Virus record (IMG/VR): IMGVR_UViG_3300037466_003379
Coordinates: 40,106-104,105 of that record
Reading direction: 5' to 3' (one strand)
Source of the DNA: a virus
Length of the DNA stretch: 64,000 nt
Shown: positions 25,340 to 35,498 of the stretch, piece by piece
Layout: every line of letters starts with the position of its first letter
Numbering within the stretch: the first letter of the stretch is position 1
Made by a program: the position numbers and the translations under genes
Notes under the pieces: generated by a model
What the model was told of the DNA's origin: nothing
Databases searched by the model: none
The model's input: only the letters and a program-made list of their open reading frames with translations

Positions 25340-27178
25340 TCAGACCTGGATGCCGAGCAGCTCGGCCGCGGCGGCGTTGCGGACCTTCTTCCACTGCTCG
25401 TGCGGCAGCTCGTGGAAGGGCTTGTCCTCGACGCCCTCGGGCAGGACAGTGCCGTCCGCGGTCTCGGTGACGCCGGAACCGGCGGTGACGACGTGCCCCT
25501 TGCGGCCGCCGATCGCACCAGCCTCAGCGGCGGTCTGGACGCCGTTGCGGACGCCCTCCTCGACGAGGCGGGCGATGCGCTGCTCCTGGGTCTCCTGCAC
25601 CGGGGCGCCGATGCCGGCCTTCGCCAGCTGCTCGGCGACGAGGCGGGCGACGAGGGCCTCCTCGGTCTCCTGCACCGGGGCGGCCGGGGCGGCGGTCTCG
25701 GCGACGGGGGCCGCCGGGGCAGCGGTCTCGACGGGCGCGCCGGCGCCGACGAGCTCGGGGGTCGGGGCCGCCGCGGGGGCGGCCGGGGTCTGGGTGGCCA
25801 GCCACGCCTTGAACTGCTCGTCGGTCAGCGTGAAACCGGCGGGGGCGGCCGGGGCCGCCGGGGTGGTGCTGGTGGGCTCGGACACGCCGGGCTCCCCTTC
25901 CTTCTCGTTGACCTCCGCCGCGGGCGCGGCGTCGGGGGAGGGCTCAGCGGCCGCCTGGGCGGCCGGGTCTCCGTCGAGGTCCTCGTGGGCCTCGGCGGGC
26001 TCTGTGGCGTCCTCGGTGACGCTGGGCGCCTGCGAGGTGGTCTCGGAGGAGCCGTCGGGGTCGTCGACCGACGAGGCGCCGGGGACGTCGATGTCGCCGT
26101 CCATGTCGGGGTCGAGCAGCTCCAGCGCCTGCGCGGCGCCCTCCATCGCGGCCCGGCCGACCCGCGCGAGGTCGTGCGGGTCCATCGACCACGAGCTGAT
26201 GTAGACCGACACCATGCCGTTGTCGAGGCGCACCGAGAACGAGCCCTGCGGCTCGGGCTCGCAGATCACCCCGGGCAGGCAGTCGAAGCACTCCGACACC
26301 TCGGCCGGGGTGGGCGCGGCGCGCTCCATCAGCCAGCCGTTCGGGAGCGGCTCGACGCCGTGGGACTTGAGCGCCCGCTGGGTGCGCTCCCGGACCCGCT
26401 TGAGCTGCGCAGCCGTGTAGGTCTCGGCGACCGCGGGGCTGCGGAGCTGGTGCCACGCAGCGCGGGCCTGACCGACGGTGTCGATCGGGAGCCGCGGCTC
26501 CGCGTGGTAGCTGGGGTCCGCGTACCGGGTCGGGGTGGTGGGGGCGGCCGGCGCAGCGGCAGCCTCCTCGGTGACGGGCTTGCCCACCAGGGCCTCCTGG
26601 ACGGTCTCGTAGATCGGAGTCCGCGCGGCTGCGGTCTCCTCCGTGGTGGCGCCGTGGTCGAGCCGATCGACGGTGTCCACGACCGCGCCGACGACGCCGG
26701 GCCGCGCGGTGTAGTCGAGGCCGTCGAGGTCGAGGCACTCGCCGACTTCGACGAGGCGGCCGTCGACGAGCTGCTTGCGGACCTCGCCCAGCCAGGCGCC
26801 GCGGATCGAGACGCCGCGCAGGAACGCGGGACCGTCGTTGTTGTCGATCAGTTCGAGGATCTTGCGGCCCTCGTCGGTGTCGACGATGTCGGCGGCGAAC
26901 TTCGCCGCGCCGGACTCCACGCAGTACAGCTCGGTGAGGCGGCCGACGATCCGCGTCGAGTCGTCCTCTGCGGCGTGGTGCGTCCGCTGGGTCAGCGGGT
27001 GCAGGTCCTCCCCGGGCACCTTGTCGGTCTCCTCGGTGAGGAGCAGGTTCCCGGTGTCCAGGCGCGGCTGGGCGCGCTGCACGGCGTCCGCGATCAGCTC
27101 GCGGGTGTAGAGCCGCCCGTTGCGGGAGACCCCGGGGACCATCGCGGTCCCGGTCACGCGGGCGATCACCTTCGGCAC
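25340..27178 (-). CDS. Prohead protease-scaffold fusion
   Basis: SRNGRLY, TH and GVSIRG motifs of T4 gp21-like proteases; YADP...PIDT...ARAAW domain; acidic Ala/Pro scaffold C-terminus. Confidence 0.78.
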   Translation of the reverse strand: MPKVIARVTGTAMVPGVSRNGRLYTRELIADAVQRAQPRLDTGNLLLTEETDKVPGEDLHPLTQRTHHAAEDDSTRIVGRLTELYCVESGAAKFAADIVDTDEGRKILELIDNNDGPAFLRGVSIRGAWLGEVRKQLVDGRLVEVGECLDLDGLDYTARPGVVGAVVDTVDRLDHGATTEETAAARTPIYETVQEALVGKPVTEEAAAAPAAPTTPTRYADPSYHAEPRLPIDTVGQARAAWHQLRSPAVAETYTAAQLKRVRERTQRALKSHGVEPLPNGWLMERAAPTPAEVSECFDCLPGVICEPEPQGSFSVRLDNGMVSVYISSWSMDPHDLARVGRAAMEGAAQALELLDPDMDGDIDVPGASSVDDPDGSSETTSQAPSVTEDATEPAEAHEDLDGDPAAQAAAEPSPDAAPAAEVNEKEGEPGVSEPTSTTPAAPAAPAGFTLTDEQFKAWLATQTPAAPAAAPTPELVGAGAPVETAAPAAPVAETAAPAAPVQETEEALVARLVAEQLAKAGIGAPVQETQEQRIARLVEEGVRNGVQTAAEAGAIGGRKGHVVTAGSGVTETADGTVLPEGVEDKPFHELPHEQWKKVRNAAAAELLGIQV

Positions 27179-27197
27179 GGCAGCCCTCCTGTCGGGC

Positions 27198-27431
27198 TCA
27201 CGGCGCCCCCTTTCTGGTCGGTGTGCGGCTCTGGCCGCGCCCGGGAGGGGACGGGCGCCTGGCGGGCTGTGGGGCCGGTCTGAGCCGGCCCGCGAGCGCC
27301 CGCGCGATGGCCTCCTGGACCTCGTCGAGGTCCAGGGCGTCGATGAGGCGGAGGACAAAGTCGACGTGGTCCTGATCCGCGGCGCGGGCGGCGGCGCGTT
27401 CGCGGGCCGGGCGCATCCGGGAGCGGGTCAC
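27198..27431 (-). CDS. Small hypothetical protein
   Basis: Fills the gap between MuF and protease genes; start uncertain. Confidence 0.4.
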   Translation of the reverse strand: MTRSRMRPARERAAARAADQDHVDFVLRLIDALDLDEVQEAIARALAGRLRPAPQPARRPSPPGRGQSRTPTRKGAP

Positions 27432-28978
27432 GAGTCGACGTCCCCAGCGGCGAGCGCCTCGTCGCTGGTGTACCGGGATAGGTTCATCGCCCGGATCACC
27501 TCGAGCGGGTCCGCGGGCATGAGGACGCACCGGCAGTAGGGGTGCAGCCCGGGGTGCGGGACCTCGCGGATGTTCCACGGGTTCTTCGACTCGACGTCCA
27601 GGCAGAGCGGGCACACCCGGGCGCCACCGGCGGTCACGTAGTCGACGGTCTGCACGCCCTCGCGGGCGTAGAGGGTGGTGGCGCCGCGGGAGAAGGACTG
27701 CGACATGGCCAGGTCGATGATGGTGTCGACCGACCGGAACGCCTCGCTGTCGAGGACGTCCGCGGCCGCGGCCTGCATGTCCTCGAAACTGCCGCCTTCC
27801 CGGGCGACCGCGGCGAGCGCGTTGCCCAGGTCGGACGCCTGTCCGTCGAGGACCCGGCCGAGCCAGCTGACCTCATCCCCGACGGTGTCGCCGAGGGAGC
27901 CGAGCGCGGCGTAGGCGTCCTCAAACGCCAGGTCGAAGCTGACCGTTGCGGCGCCTTGCTGCTCGGCGGCGATGGCGACCCCGGAGGCGTAGCCCTCGGC
28001 CTCGCCGTCCTTGAGTGCGGCGCCGATCGCCGCGGCGGTGGCCTGGTAGTCGGGGGAGGCCGGGTAGATCACCGTGTGGAGCCCCGCCTCGGCCTCCGCC
28101 CGGGCGGCCGCGGTCTGGCCCTGCTTGTCGGGGCCGGAGTCACCGGGCGCGGCCTCAGTGACCATTCCGAGCTGCTTGCGGAGCTTCCGGATGATGCCGT
28201 CGACGTCCACGTGGGACATCAGCTGCCGCCACGCTACGGAGATCGCCGCGGTGTGCTTCGCGACGAGCTGCTCGCGCCGCTGGTACAGCTCCGCCCAGGT
28301 GCCAGCGAGGGTGCCGAGCTGGATCGTGGCGGCGAGCGCCGCGTCGGTGTCGTCGGCCTCGTGGACGATCCGGATCGCTGCCTCGCACGCAGCGTGGACG
28401 CGCTCGGTCATCGGCCCCCCGGAGAGCGCCCAGCCGTGCGCGAACGCCTCCCGGGCGGCGGTGGTGAGCGCGTCGACCAGTGGGATGACCGTGGAGACCC
28501 CGGCGAGTTTCACGAGGATGCGGTCAAACACGACCGGTCCCGTGTAGGTGAGCTGAGAGGCGTCCAGGCCGTACCCGACGGTCACATGGGGCAGATACGG
28601 CGTGTGCTGCGGGTGGTGGTCGTCGCCGAGGAGCTCGGCGCACCGGTCGGTGATCTCCTCGTGCAGCGGGGCCAGCACGTCGCTGTCGCCGATGAGGTGC
28701 ACCGCGCACTGGGCGTCCTGGCCGGGCGCGAAGGTGGCGTGCCCAACCACCCGGGCGGCGATCGGGCCGTCGATGTCGGCAGCGGCAGCGCGGGCGGCGA
28801 TGACCACGCCGTCGCGGCGGTGGGCGTCCCAGCCGGTGATGTCGGAGCCGAGGAACTGCAGCGTCAGATGGATCTGCTCGACGGCCTCGGCGCCCTCGAC
28901 GTCGACGGCCAGGGCGTCGGGGTCGGCGGGGAGGAGAGCGATCATGCCGCCCTTCGACTCGGTGTCCTGGTCGGCCAC
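27428..28978 (-). CDS. 2H-phosphoesterase fused to a MuF-like minor head protein
   Basis: N-terminal HLTL and HVTV (two HxT motifs); C-terminal VCPLC...HPYCRC MuF signature. Confidence 0.8.
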   Translation of the reverse strand: MADQDTESKGGMIALLPADPDALAVDVEGAEAVEQIHLTLQFLGSDITGWDAHRRDGVVIAARAAAADIDGPIAARVVGHATFAPGQDAQCAVHLIGDSDVLAPLHEEITDRCAELLGDDHHPQHTPYLPHVTVGYGLDASQLTYTGPVVFDRILVKLAGVSTVIPLVDALTTAAREAFAHGWALSGGPMTERVHAACEAAIRIVHEADDTDAALAATIQLGTLAGTWAELYQRREQLVAKHTAAISVAWRQLMSHVDVDGIIRKLRKQLGMVTEAAPGDSGPDKQGQTAAARAEAEAGLHTVIYPASPDYQATAAAIGAALKDGEAEGYASGVAIAAEQQGAATVSFDLAFEDAYAALGSLGDTVGDEVSWLGRVLDGQASDLGNALAAVAREGGSFEDMQAAAADVLDSEAFRSVDTIIDLAMSQSFSRGATTLYAREGVQTVDYVTAGGARVCPLCLDVESKNPWNIREVPHPGLHPYCRCVLMPADPLEVIRAMNLSRYTSDEALAAGDVDS

Positions 28979-28981
28979 GGC

Positions 28982-29164
28982 TCACCTCCTCCGGAGTGGC
29001 GCGGCGATTCGCCGGCGAAGCCGAGCGGCCCAGCCCTCTGCTCGCTCGAAGCGGGGGCAGAGGGCCGGGCCGCAGGCGCCACAGTCGGCGCCCGGACGGA
29101 AGTGCTCGTGAGCGTCACGGGGGTGCCCGCAGCGGGGACGGGCGCAACTGCTCACAGAGATCAC
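28982..29164 (-). CDS. Small Cys/His-rich protein
   Basis: CxxxxCGHxxxxH...CxxC...C; GTGA overlap. Confidence 0.45.
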   Translation of the reverse strand: MISVSSCARPRCGHPRDAHEHFRPGADCGACGPALCPRFERAEGWAARLRRRIAAPLRRR

Positions 29165-29352
29165 CTCCGGGTCGGTGGGGTGCGGAAACCGAAGCTGGCG
29201 TGCTCGTCGCAGTGCTCCAGGACGTGGCCGAGGACCGCGGCGTGGGATCGGTCCGTGCCGCCGCGCGTGCACGTCGACCAGCCGCACGTCCAGCGCCACC
29301 AGTGCTGGGCGTCGTCCTCGCGCCAGATCGTGGAGCGGTTCGGGGTCCTCAC
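29161..29352 (-). CDS. Small hypothetical protein
   Basis: Overlaps neighbours; CxxxxC...H pattern. Confidence 0.4.
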   Translation of the reverse strand: MRTPNRSTIWREDDAQHWWRWTCGWSTCTRGGTDRSHAAVLGHVLEHCDEHASFGFRTPPTRR

Positions 29353-29621
29353 CCGTCCCGCAGGGCGGCGACGAGGTCGGACAGGTCCGTCGGGTCGGGC
29401 TCGGGTTCCTCGGGCGGCTCGGGCGCGAGGAACACCGGGTAGAGCGCCCCGGCGGCCGCCGTGTCGCGGGCGTCGACCCGCCCGGTCCGGAACGGCGGGT
29501 AGCGGCGCGTGGTCGTCACGCGATCTCCTTCGGGACCAGGGCTGCCACGTCGGAGGCCCGGAGCGGGTGACCCTCGCCGTCGTCGAACGGCAGGTGCGCG
29601 TGCTCCGGTTCCTCCGGCGGG

Positions 29622-31337
29622 TCAGGCTGCGGTGTAGTCACGGGCTCGGTCGGGCAGCTCGGTCATCGCGCGCCTGATCCGGTCGCGGTAGGACTCGCGG
29701 ATCGGGCGGCCCGTGCGGGACTCTCGTGCGGGCCGCCCCTTCCCCTTGCTGCCCTTCGTGTTCGGGGGCTTCGGGGAGGATCCGCCGTCGGGCTTGGCTG
29801 GGGTGGGCTGATCGTCGTCGTCCTCGTCCTCAGCGTCGCCGTCAGCGGCCTGTCCGGGTGCGGGCGGGGTGTCCTGCCCGGCGAACGCCTGGAGGGCGTC
29901 TGGGACCGGTTCGGGCTCCGGCTTGATCAGCTTGAGCGGGGTGTCCTCGTCGCCGGGCTCGTCGGGCTCGAACGCGGTGCCCTGCAGGACCTTCGCGATG
30001 TTCGCCTTGCCGTAGGCGTCCATGTCGCGCCACGGGATTACGCCGGCCTTGTCGACGAGGATCGCGGCGTCTCCGCCGTCGACCGGGGGCTCGCCGACGT
30101 CGGTGCGGGCCTTGTTCAGCGTCCAGATCCCGTTCCGGATCCGCATGTCGCGGATCTTCTCGACGGTCTCCGAGTCCCGCATGTCGACCTCGTCGAAGCG
30201 CAGCGCCCAGTCGGCGATGCCGAAGGCGTCGAGGAGGACGTAGTTCAGCTTCTCCAGCACCAGGGCGGCGATCGGCTGGCAGGTGTTGATCAGGAAGGAC
30301 TTCCGCTGGCTCTCGCCGGTGCCACCGCCGAGGTTCCCGGACTCGATGATCCCGACCTCGGCCGGGGGCACGCCGTAGGTGGAGACGATGATGTCGCGCT
30401 GCTGGTCGAGGGTGTGGAGGATCTCCTCGATCCGGGAGGGCTGCAGCTCGGTGACCGTGCCGCCGCCCTTCGTCACGACCGGGCGGCCGATGTTCTTCGG
30501 CCCGACGTTGCGGGTCATGTGCTGGTCGATCCACTTCTGCTGGTCGACCGGGTTGATCGACGCAGGGTGGTCGACGTGCAGGTTCGCCGGCAATCCCTTG
30601 CGGAACAGCTCCTGCAGTGTGGCCATCGTGAACAGCCACACCTTGATCGGCAGCTGCGCGGCGAAGGTGGGGGACACCCCGAAGACGCCGGAGCGGGGCG
30701 CGTCGAGGCTGATGTGGATGACCTCGTGCGGCTCGAACTTCGCCTTGGCGCCGTTCGGGGTGACCTGCACGTAGCCGGTGATGTTGCCGTGGGTGTCCGC
30801 CACTGGGGTCGTCGACGGGCAGTCCAGGGAGTACATCGCGACCGGGATGCCACCCGCCCACACCAGCTCGATGTAGCTGTCGCCGAAGACCAGGAGGTCT
30901 GCGATGACGGAGCGGAGCAGCTGCACCATGTCCTCGCGCGGGTTCACCCAGCGCAGCAGCCGCTCGCACTCCAGCACCTGGCGGGGCTTCTCCGGAGTCT
31001 CCTGGTCGCCCTCGCCGTCGTCACCGACCCACTCGAACGCCAGGCCGCCACCGGTGATGGTCTTCGCGACCGCCCCGACCGACGCCCACGCCCAGGGGCA
31101 GGCGAGATAGGCGTCGTATAGGTCCGTCATCAGCGTCTGGCGGTCGTCGCCGCCCGCGCTGTCGGCGGTCGCGTTGGTCTCGTTGAGGCCCTGCGGCGGG
31201 ATGCCGATCTCGTAGCCGCGGCGCGCCACTGTCGCCGAGACGGCGGGCCCGGGCTGGGCCTTCGCTTCGGTGACCGGGGCTCCGGCTTCCCACCGCTCGA
31301 CCAGTGCGGCGCGAGCCCAGTTCGTGAGCCTGCTCAT
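29622..31337 (-). CDS. Portal protein (HK97 family)
   Basis: LLVFGDSY, EVIHI...GVSP and YGVPP motifs; follows the terminase. Confidence 0.9.
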   Translation of the reverse strand: MSRLTNWARAALVERWEAGAPVTEAKAQPGPAVSATVARRGYEIGIPPQGLNETNATADSAGGDDRQTLMTDLYDAYLACPWAWASVGAVAKTITGGGLAFEWVGDDGEGDQETPEKPRQVLECERLLRWVNPREDMVQLLRSVIADLLVFGDSYIELVWAGGIPVAMYSLDCPSTTPVADTHGNITGYVQVTPNGAKAKFEPHEVIHISLDAPRSGVFGVSPTFAAQLPIKVWLFTMATLQELFRKGLPANLHVDHPASINPVDQQKWIDQHMTRNVGPKNIGRPVVTKGGGTVTELQPSRIEEILHTLDQQRDIIVSTYGVPPAEVGIIESGNLGGGTGESQRKSFLINTCQPIAALVLEKLNYVLLDAFGIADWALRFDEVDMRDSETVEKIRDMRIRNGIWTLNKARTDVGEPPVDGGDAAILVDKAGVIPWRDMDAYGKANIAKVLQGTAFEPDEPGDEDTPLKLIKPEPEPVPDALQAFAGQDTPPAPGQAADGDAEDEDDDDQPTPAKPDGGSSPKPPNTKGSKGKGRPARESRTGRPIRESYRDRIRRAMTELPDRARDYTAA

Positions 31338-32908
31338 TCGACGATGACCACCTTCCCGCGGATGCCCGCAGCCGGTGTGACGGGGAGGTTGCCCTCGCTG
31401 TCGGGGAGGACGGCGATGCGGCCGCCAGCGAGCGGGACGCCGAGGTGCTCGGGCATCCCGTGAAGCGTCGCCGGGACGTTCGGGTCGGGATCGGGCTCGA
31501 GGTAGAACTCGGTGCGCCCGCCGATTGCCATCAGCATGTAGCGGAGGGCGTCGTACTGGTGGTCCTCGCCTCGGGTGTCGACGTCCTCGACGTGCCGCGG
31601 GTCGTAGGGCAGGTTCGGCAGGGTCCGGGTGAGCTCGGGCGCGGTGCCCTGGAGGACGTGCAGCATCGGGCACTCGTCGAGGCCCTGCTCGCGGTGGTAG
31701 CGGCAGGCCGGGCCGTTGGCCAGGTAGGAGTGGACGCGCTGCTTGCCGACGAGCCGGTCGTTGTCGGCCGGGATGACGACGACGCCCTCCGCGGCGTACT
31801 GGTCGGCGACGGAGAGGGCCTCACCGGAGCGCTGCCACATTGCGGGGTCGGCGGAGCGGACACCGACGATCTCGTCCGCCGGCTCGGCGGCGAGGATGCG
31901 CCGGGCCTGCTCGCGCTCGATGACCTTCGTTGCGGTGACCTCGCGGTAGATCCAGACGCGGCCGTCCTGGTCCTGCGCGCCCCAGAGCACTGCCCAGGGG
32001 GCGGCGAAGCCGTAGTCGATGCCGTTGTAGCGCGGCCACCCGGCGGGGATGGCGAACCGGGGGACGATGTGCAGGTCCACGTTCCACTCCTCGAAGACCT
32101 GGCCGCTGAACGCCGTCCAGGAGCCGTCCCGGAAGGCGGCGCGCATGGCGTCGGGGAGCGCGTCGAGGTCCTGCGCGTACTCGGGGTTGACGTGCGGGTT
32201 GTCGGACAGCTTCGACGGGATGAACCGCACGGTCCGGTTCCGCTTGTCCGTGATGATCTTCGTGCCGTTGTCGGTGGCATCGACGTAGCGGCGCTTCACG
32301 TCGCCGTGCCCGATCCCGCCCGGGTTCGTGCCCGAGCGGATGCCGATCACCGGGATGTCCTCGCGGCCCGAGCGGAGCCGGGACTCAAGGAAGGAGCACA
32401 CCTCGGGCGGCGTCAGGGTGCGCTCGTCGAACAGGAGCAGCTGGTACTGGCCGCCCTGGCGGCGGGTGGCGTCGACCAGGGTCTCGGCGTACCGGAACAT
32501 GATCCGGGAGCCGTTCGGGAACGTCAGGTTGTACTTCGTGCCGTTCCACTGGGCGCCGAGGACCTTCGCGAACCCGAAGTTCGACAGCTCGGCGAGCATC
32601 GACTCTTCGAGCTCGCTGTAGGTCCGGCGGAAGGCGCCGACGCGGATGCCCGGGTAGCGGACGCAGGCTTTGATGCCCTCCATGACCAGCGCGACCGTCT
32701 TGCCGCCACCGGCGGCGCCGCCGTAGAGGACGTCGAACTCGGTCGCCTCGTGGAACAGGGCTTGCCGCTCGGTCGGGACGTACTCCAGCTCGGCGAACAC
32801 GTCGCGCTTGGACAGGGCGACCGCGGCGCGGCGTTCCTTCTCCCGCTGGAGCGTCCGGAGCTGGCGGAGCTTCTCCAGGCGGACCCGTTCGAGCATGGAC
32901 GCCGGCAC
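31334..32908 (-). CDS. terL: Terminase large subunit
   Basis: Walker A GGAAGGGKT, LLLFDE, TNPGG, GIDYG and DHQYDALRY. Confidence 0.95.
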   Translation of the reverse strand: MPASMLERVRLEKLRQLRTLQREKERRAAVALSKRDVFAELEYVPTERQALFHEATEFDVLYGGAAGGGKTVALVMEGIKACVRYPGIRVGAFRRTYSELEESMLAELSNFGFAKVLGAQWNGTKYNLTFPNGSRIMFRYAETLVDATRRQGGQYQLLLFDERTLTPPEVCSFLESRLRSGREDIPVIGIRSGTNPGGIGHGDVKRRYVDATDNGTKIITDKRNRTVRFIPSKLSDNPHVNPEYAQDLDALPDAMRAAFRDGSWTAFSGQVFEEWNVDLHIVPRFAIPAGWPRYNGIDYGFAAPWAVLWGAQDQDGRVWIYREVTATKVIEREQARRILAAEPADEIVGVRSADPAMWQRSGEALSVADQYAAEGVVVIPADNDRLVGKQRVHSYLANGPACRYHREQGLDECPMLHVLQGTAPELTRTLPNLPYDPRHVEDVDTRGEDHQYDALRYMLMAIGGRTEFYLEPDPDPNVPATLHGMPEHLGVPLAGGRIAVLPDSEGNLPVTPAAGIRGKVVIVE

Positions 32909-32929
32909 CGTGCACCGCCCCCCGGAGGC

Positions 32930-33352
32930 TCAGTCGTCGTCGGTGCTCGCCAGCTCCTCGACGAGGTGGGCGATCTGCGCGTCGATGGCGTCGATGGTGA
33001 GCAGCTCGTGCCGCTTCGGGGCTTCGAGGCCGAGGGTCTTCGAGATGTCCATGACGATCTTTCGGCACACCTCGGAGGCCTGTGTGTCGCCCTGCAGCGC
33101 GCGCGGCCAGTTCGCGACGAGCAGCCGTTCGAGGCGGGCGAGCAGGAGGTGCCGGTGGACCTCGACCGCGGCGGCCTCCTCGGCGACGTACTTCTCCATC
33201 GCCCTGGTGACGTCGGTGCAGGCCGCGCCGCGGGAGGCGTAGCCGAGCTGGTCCGCGATCTGCTGCCAGTCGGCTCCGGCGGTTCGCATCTTGATCGCGT
33301 CAGTGCGGCGTTTCGCCGTCTTGGCGCGCTGCGCCTTGCTGGCGCCGGGCAT
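32930..33352 (-). CDS. terS: Terminase small subunit
   Basis: HTH GADWQQIADQLGY; directly upstream of terL. Confidence 0.72.
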   Translation of the reverse strand: MPGASKAQRAKTAKRRTDAIKMRTAGADWQQIADQLGYASRGAACTDVTRAMEKYVAEEAAAVEVHRHLLLARLERLLVANWPRALQGDTQASEVCRKIVMDISKTLGLEAPKRHELLTIDAIDAQIAHLVEELASTDDD

Positions 33353-33394
33353 GGGGACCTCCCAGGGTGGTCGTGCTCGCCCCGGGAGGGGCCG

Positions 33395-33814
33395 TCAGCG
33401 GGTCAGGGTGAGGGTGTGGAGGTATCCGGGTCCGGGTCCGGGTGCGGGCCGCCAGAGGCCGTCAGGCCAGCGGCCGGACAGGATGCCGGAGCGGACCTGG
33501 CCGAAGCCTTCCCGCTGGGTGAGCGGTGGGGCCTGCCATCCGGCCGCGACGCGGTCGAGGTACTCCGCCCAGATGGCGCGGTAGCGGAACCGGCAGTGCA
33601 GCAGCAGATGGCAGGTGATGCACAGCGGCTCGTAGGTGTGCGGCTGGTCGTAATCCTCGAGGTGGCCGTGGATCGCGCCGTGCTCCTGCGCGCAGGCCGA
33701 GCAGAGGGTCGGACGAGGCCAGGCGGGGTCGCCGGAGTCCCACTGCTGGTTGAGGAAGCGCTGGACTGCCTCGCGCTTCTCCGGGGAGTGGCCGTTGTAC
33801 CAGGACAAGCCCAT
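33395..33814 (-). CDS. HNH-like zinc-finger protein
   Basis: CSAC...HGHLEDY...LCITCHLLLH. Confidence 0.6.
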   Translation of the reverse strand: MGLSWYNGHSPEKREAVQRFLNQQWDSGDPAWPRPTLCSACAQEHGAIHGHLEDYDQPHTYEPLCITCHLLLHCRFRYRAIWAEYLDRVAAGWQAPPLTQREGFGQVRSGILSGRWPDGLWRPAPGPGPGYLHTLTLTR

Positions 33815-33838
33815 CGGGGTCCTAGCCTCCTTACGTAG

Positions 33839-33857
33839 CGTACCGCAAAAGCGTACC
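33839..33857 (-). promoter_or_regulatory. Phage promoter/operator motif, copy 1
   Basis: GTACCGCAAAAGCGTACC; minus-strand extended -10 TGGTACGCT. Confidence 0.6.
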
Positions 33858-33897
33858 ATGCGTGACCAGCGGATACGCTTAGCGACACGCCCCTACG

Positions 33898-34269
33898 TCA
33901 GGAGACCCAGGCGTCACCAGCCGGACCTTCGATCCGCGCGCGAGCGATGACGTGCTCGACGGTCATGTGCTCTGGGCAGAGCGGCACCACGCCGTAGCCG
34001 TCGTCTCCCCACTCTGCGTAGCCCTGAGTCGGGCTCGGGCATCGCTGGCCGTTCGGGCGGGCCTGACAGCTGGTCCAGCCGACTCGGCCGGCGTCCAGCC
34101 GGATGGTCTGCTCCCGGAGGTAGCGGCCGTAGCACTCGCGGGCCTCCGCCTCGGTGGCGTGCGGCTCGTGCTCGGCGCAGTAACCGAGCGGCTGTCCGCC
34201 TCGACTGCTCATGCTGGCGTAGTGCCAGCCTCCGCCCTCGCCCCGCTGGGCAGCGGTCTTGTATCGCAT
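33898..34269 (-). CDS. Cys/His-rich hypothetical protein
   Basis: Several C/H clusters; RBS GAAGGGG. Confidence 0.5.
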   Translation of the reverse strand: MRYKTAAQRGEGGGWHYASMSSRGGQPLGYCAEHEPHATEAEARECYGRYLREQTIRLDAGRVGWTSCQARPNGQRCPSPTQGYAEWGDDGYGVVPLCPEHMTVEHVIARARIEGPAGDAWVS

Positions 34270-34335
34270 GACTGAGTCCCCTTCCTCTGCAGTTCCGGGG
34301 TCCACCCCAGCGCCGCTGAGGTGGCCGTCAGCGCG

Positions 34336-34938
34336 TCAGCCCGAGGCGACGAGGTGGTAGAGCGGGCCCCGCCAGGCGACGGCCTTGAACGACGGGCCGA
34401 GTGCTCGCGCCTCGTCCGCCGCGGACGCCAGCGGGTGCGTGGAACGCTTCGACACCTGCCGCCCCTCGAGCAGGATGTTGCGCACCCCCGAGGCGCGCAG
34501 CACCTCGACCAGGCACGCGAAGTCCTTCTGGGTGCCACCCATCGCGTCCCACAGCTCCGGGAACGCCCGCCGTGCCACGACCGTCCGGACCGGCTCCGTG
34601 GCCGTCAGGCGGCCGCTCAGCCACTCCGCCAGGTCGTCGAGCGTGTCCGGTCCGATCTTCAAGGGCATCAGCGGGATGTGCTCGTACACCCTGTTCTGCC
34701 GCCCGAGCTCCAGCCCGGGCCCGGGCTGCTCGACCGCGCGGACCCGGTAGCCGGCCTGTGCGAGCTTCCGCCCCAGCAGGCCCGTCGACGAGCACAGGTC
34801 GAGGACGTGGCCCTCCTCTGGGCCGACGTTCTCCCGGACCCACGCCGTGATCGGCACATGGATCTTCGGGTAGTCGCCGCGCTCGACCCACGCGGTGACG
34901 TACTCCTCGGCGTCGAACCGCGTCGAGCCGGCGCTCAC
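34336..34938 (-). CDS. Class I SAM-dependent methyltransferase-like protein
   Basis: VLDLCSSTGLLG..LA..GYRVRAVE (motifs I/II); overlaps the IbrB-like gene. Confidence 0.65.
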   Translation of the reverse strand: MSAGSTRFDAEEYVTAWVERGDYPKIHVPITAWVRENVGPEEGHVLDLCSSTGLLGRKLAQAGYRVRAVEQPGPGLELGRQNRVYEHIPLMPLKIGPDTLDDLAEWLSGRLTATEPVRTVVARRAFPELWDAMGGTQKDFACLVEVLRASGVRNILLEGRQVSKRSTHPLASAADEARALGPSFKAVAWRGPLYHLVASG

Positions 34939-35498
34939 TTCTTCCCGCCCGGCTTCTTTCCGTCCTCCGCCGGGTACCAGGCGGGGGAGTAGGCCCAGTC
35001 CTTGATCCCCTTCGCGGCGAACACGCCGTCCTGGGCGAGCAGGTTGACCTCGTCGAGCGTCGCGCCGATCTCCTTCGCGATCTGCTGCGGATCGAGGTGA
35101 TGCTCTTCGACCAGCTCGCGGACGATCGCCGACATGTGCACCGCGACGTGCGAGCCCTTGGCCCGGTTGATCCGGATGGTCATCAGCATCGCGGCGGGCC
35201 GGTCGAGGTTGAGCACCGCGACCGGGACGTGGCCGTCCCAGCGGTCCCGGATGGCCCGGGAGTCCTGGGCGAGGCGCCACCGGTGGAACCCGTCGATGAC
35301 GAGGCCCTCCGGGTTGGCCAGGATCGGCTGCAGCCAGCCCGTCGACAGCACCGAGTGCTCGAGGAGCCGCAGCTCGGCCTTGTGGACCCTGTTCGGGTTC
35401 CACCCGTTCGCCTCCAGCGTGGTCGCGGGGACCCACTGGACGTGATCGATCGGGTCCTTCCCCTCCGGAGTCGGCGTCAGCGTCGCCACCGTCGTCAC
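34935..35498 (-). CDS. ParB/Srx-domain protein, IbrB/YbdM-like
   Basis: ANGWNPNRV...GWLQPI...VIDGFHR...TIRINRAKGSH. Confidence 0.85.
   Translation of the reverse strand: MTTVATLTPTPEGKDPIDHVQWVPATTLEANGWNPNRVHKAELRLLEHSVLSTGWLQPILANPEGLVIDGFHRWRLAQDSRAIRDRWDGHVPVAVLNLDRPAAMLMTIRINRAKGSHVAVHMSAIVRELVEEHHLDPQQIAKEIGATLDEVNLLAQDGVFAAKGIKDWAYSPAWYPAEDGKKPGGKK

Noticed and set aside
6321-33838. Many long plus-strand ORFs (for example 6321-8666, 16319-18457, 31445-33838)
   Set aside because: They are antisense shadows of well-supported minus-strand genes in high-GC DNA and lack recognisable motifs.
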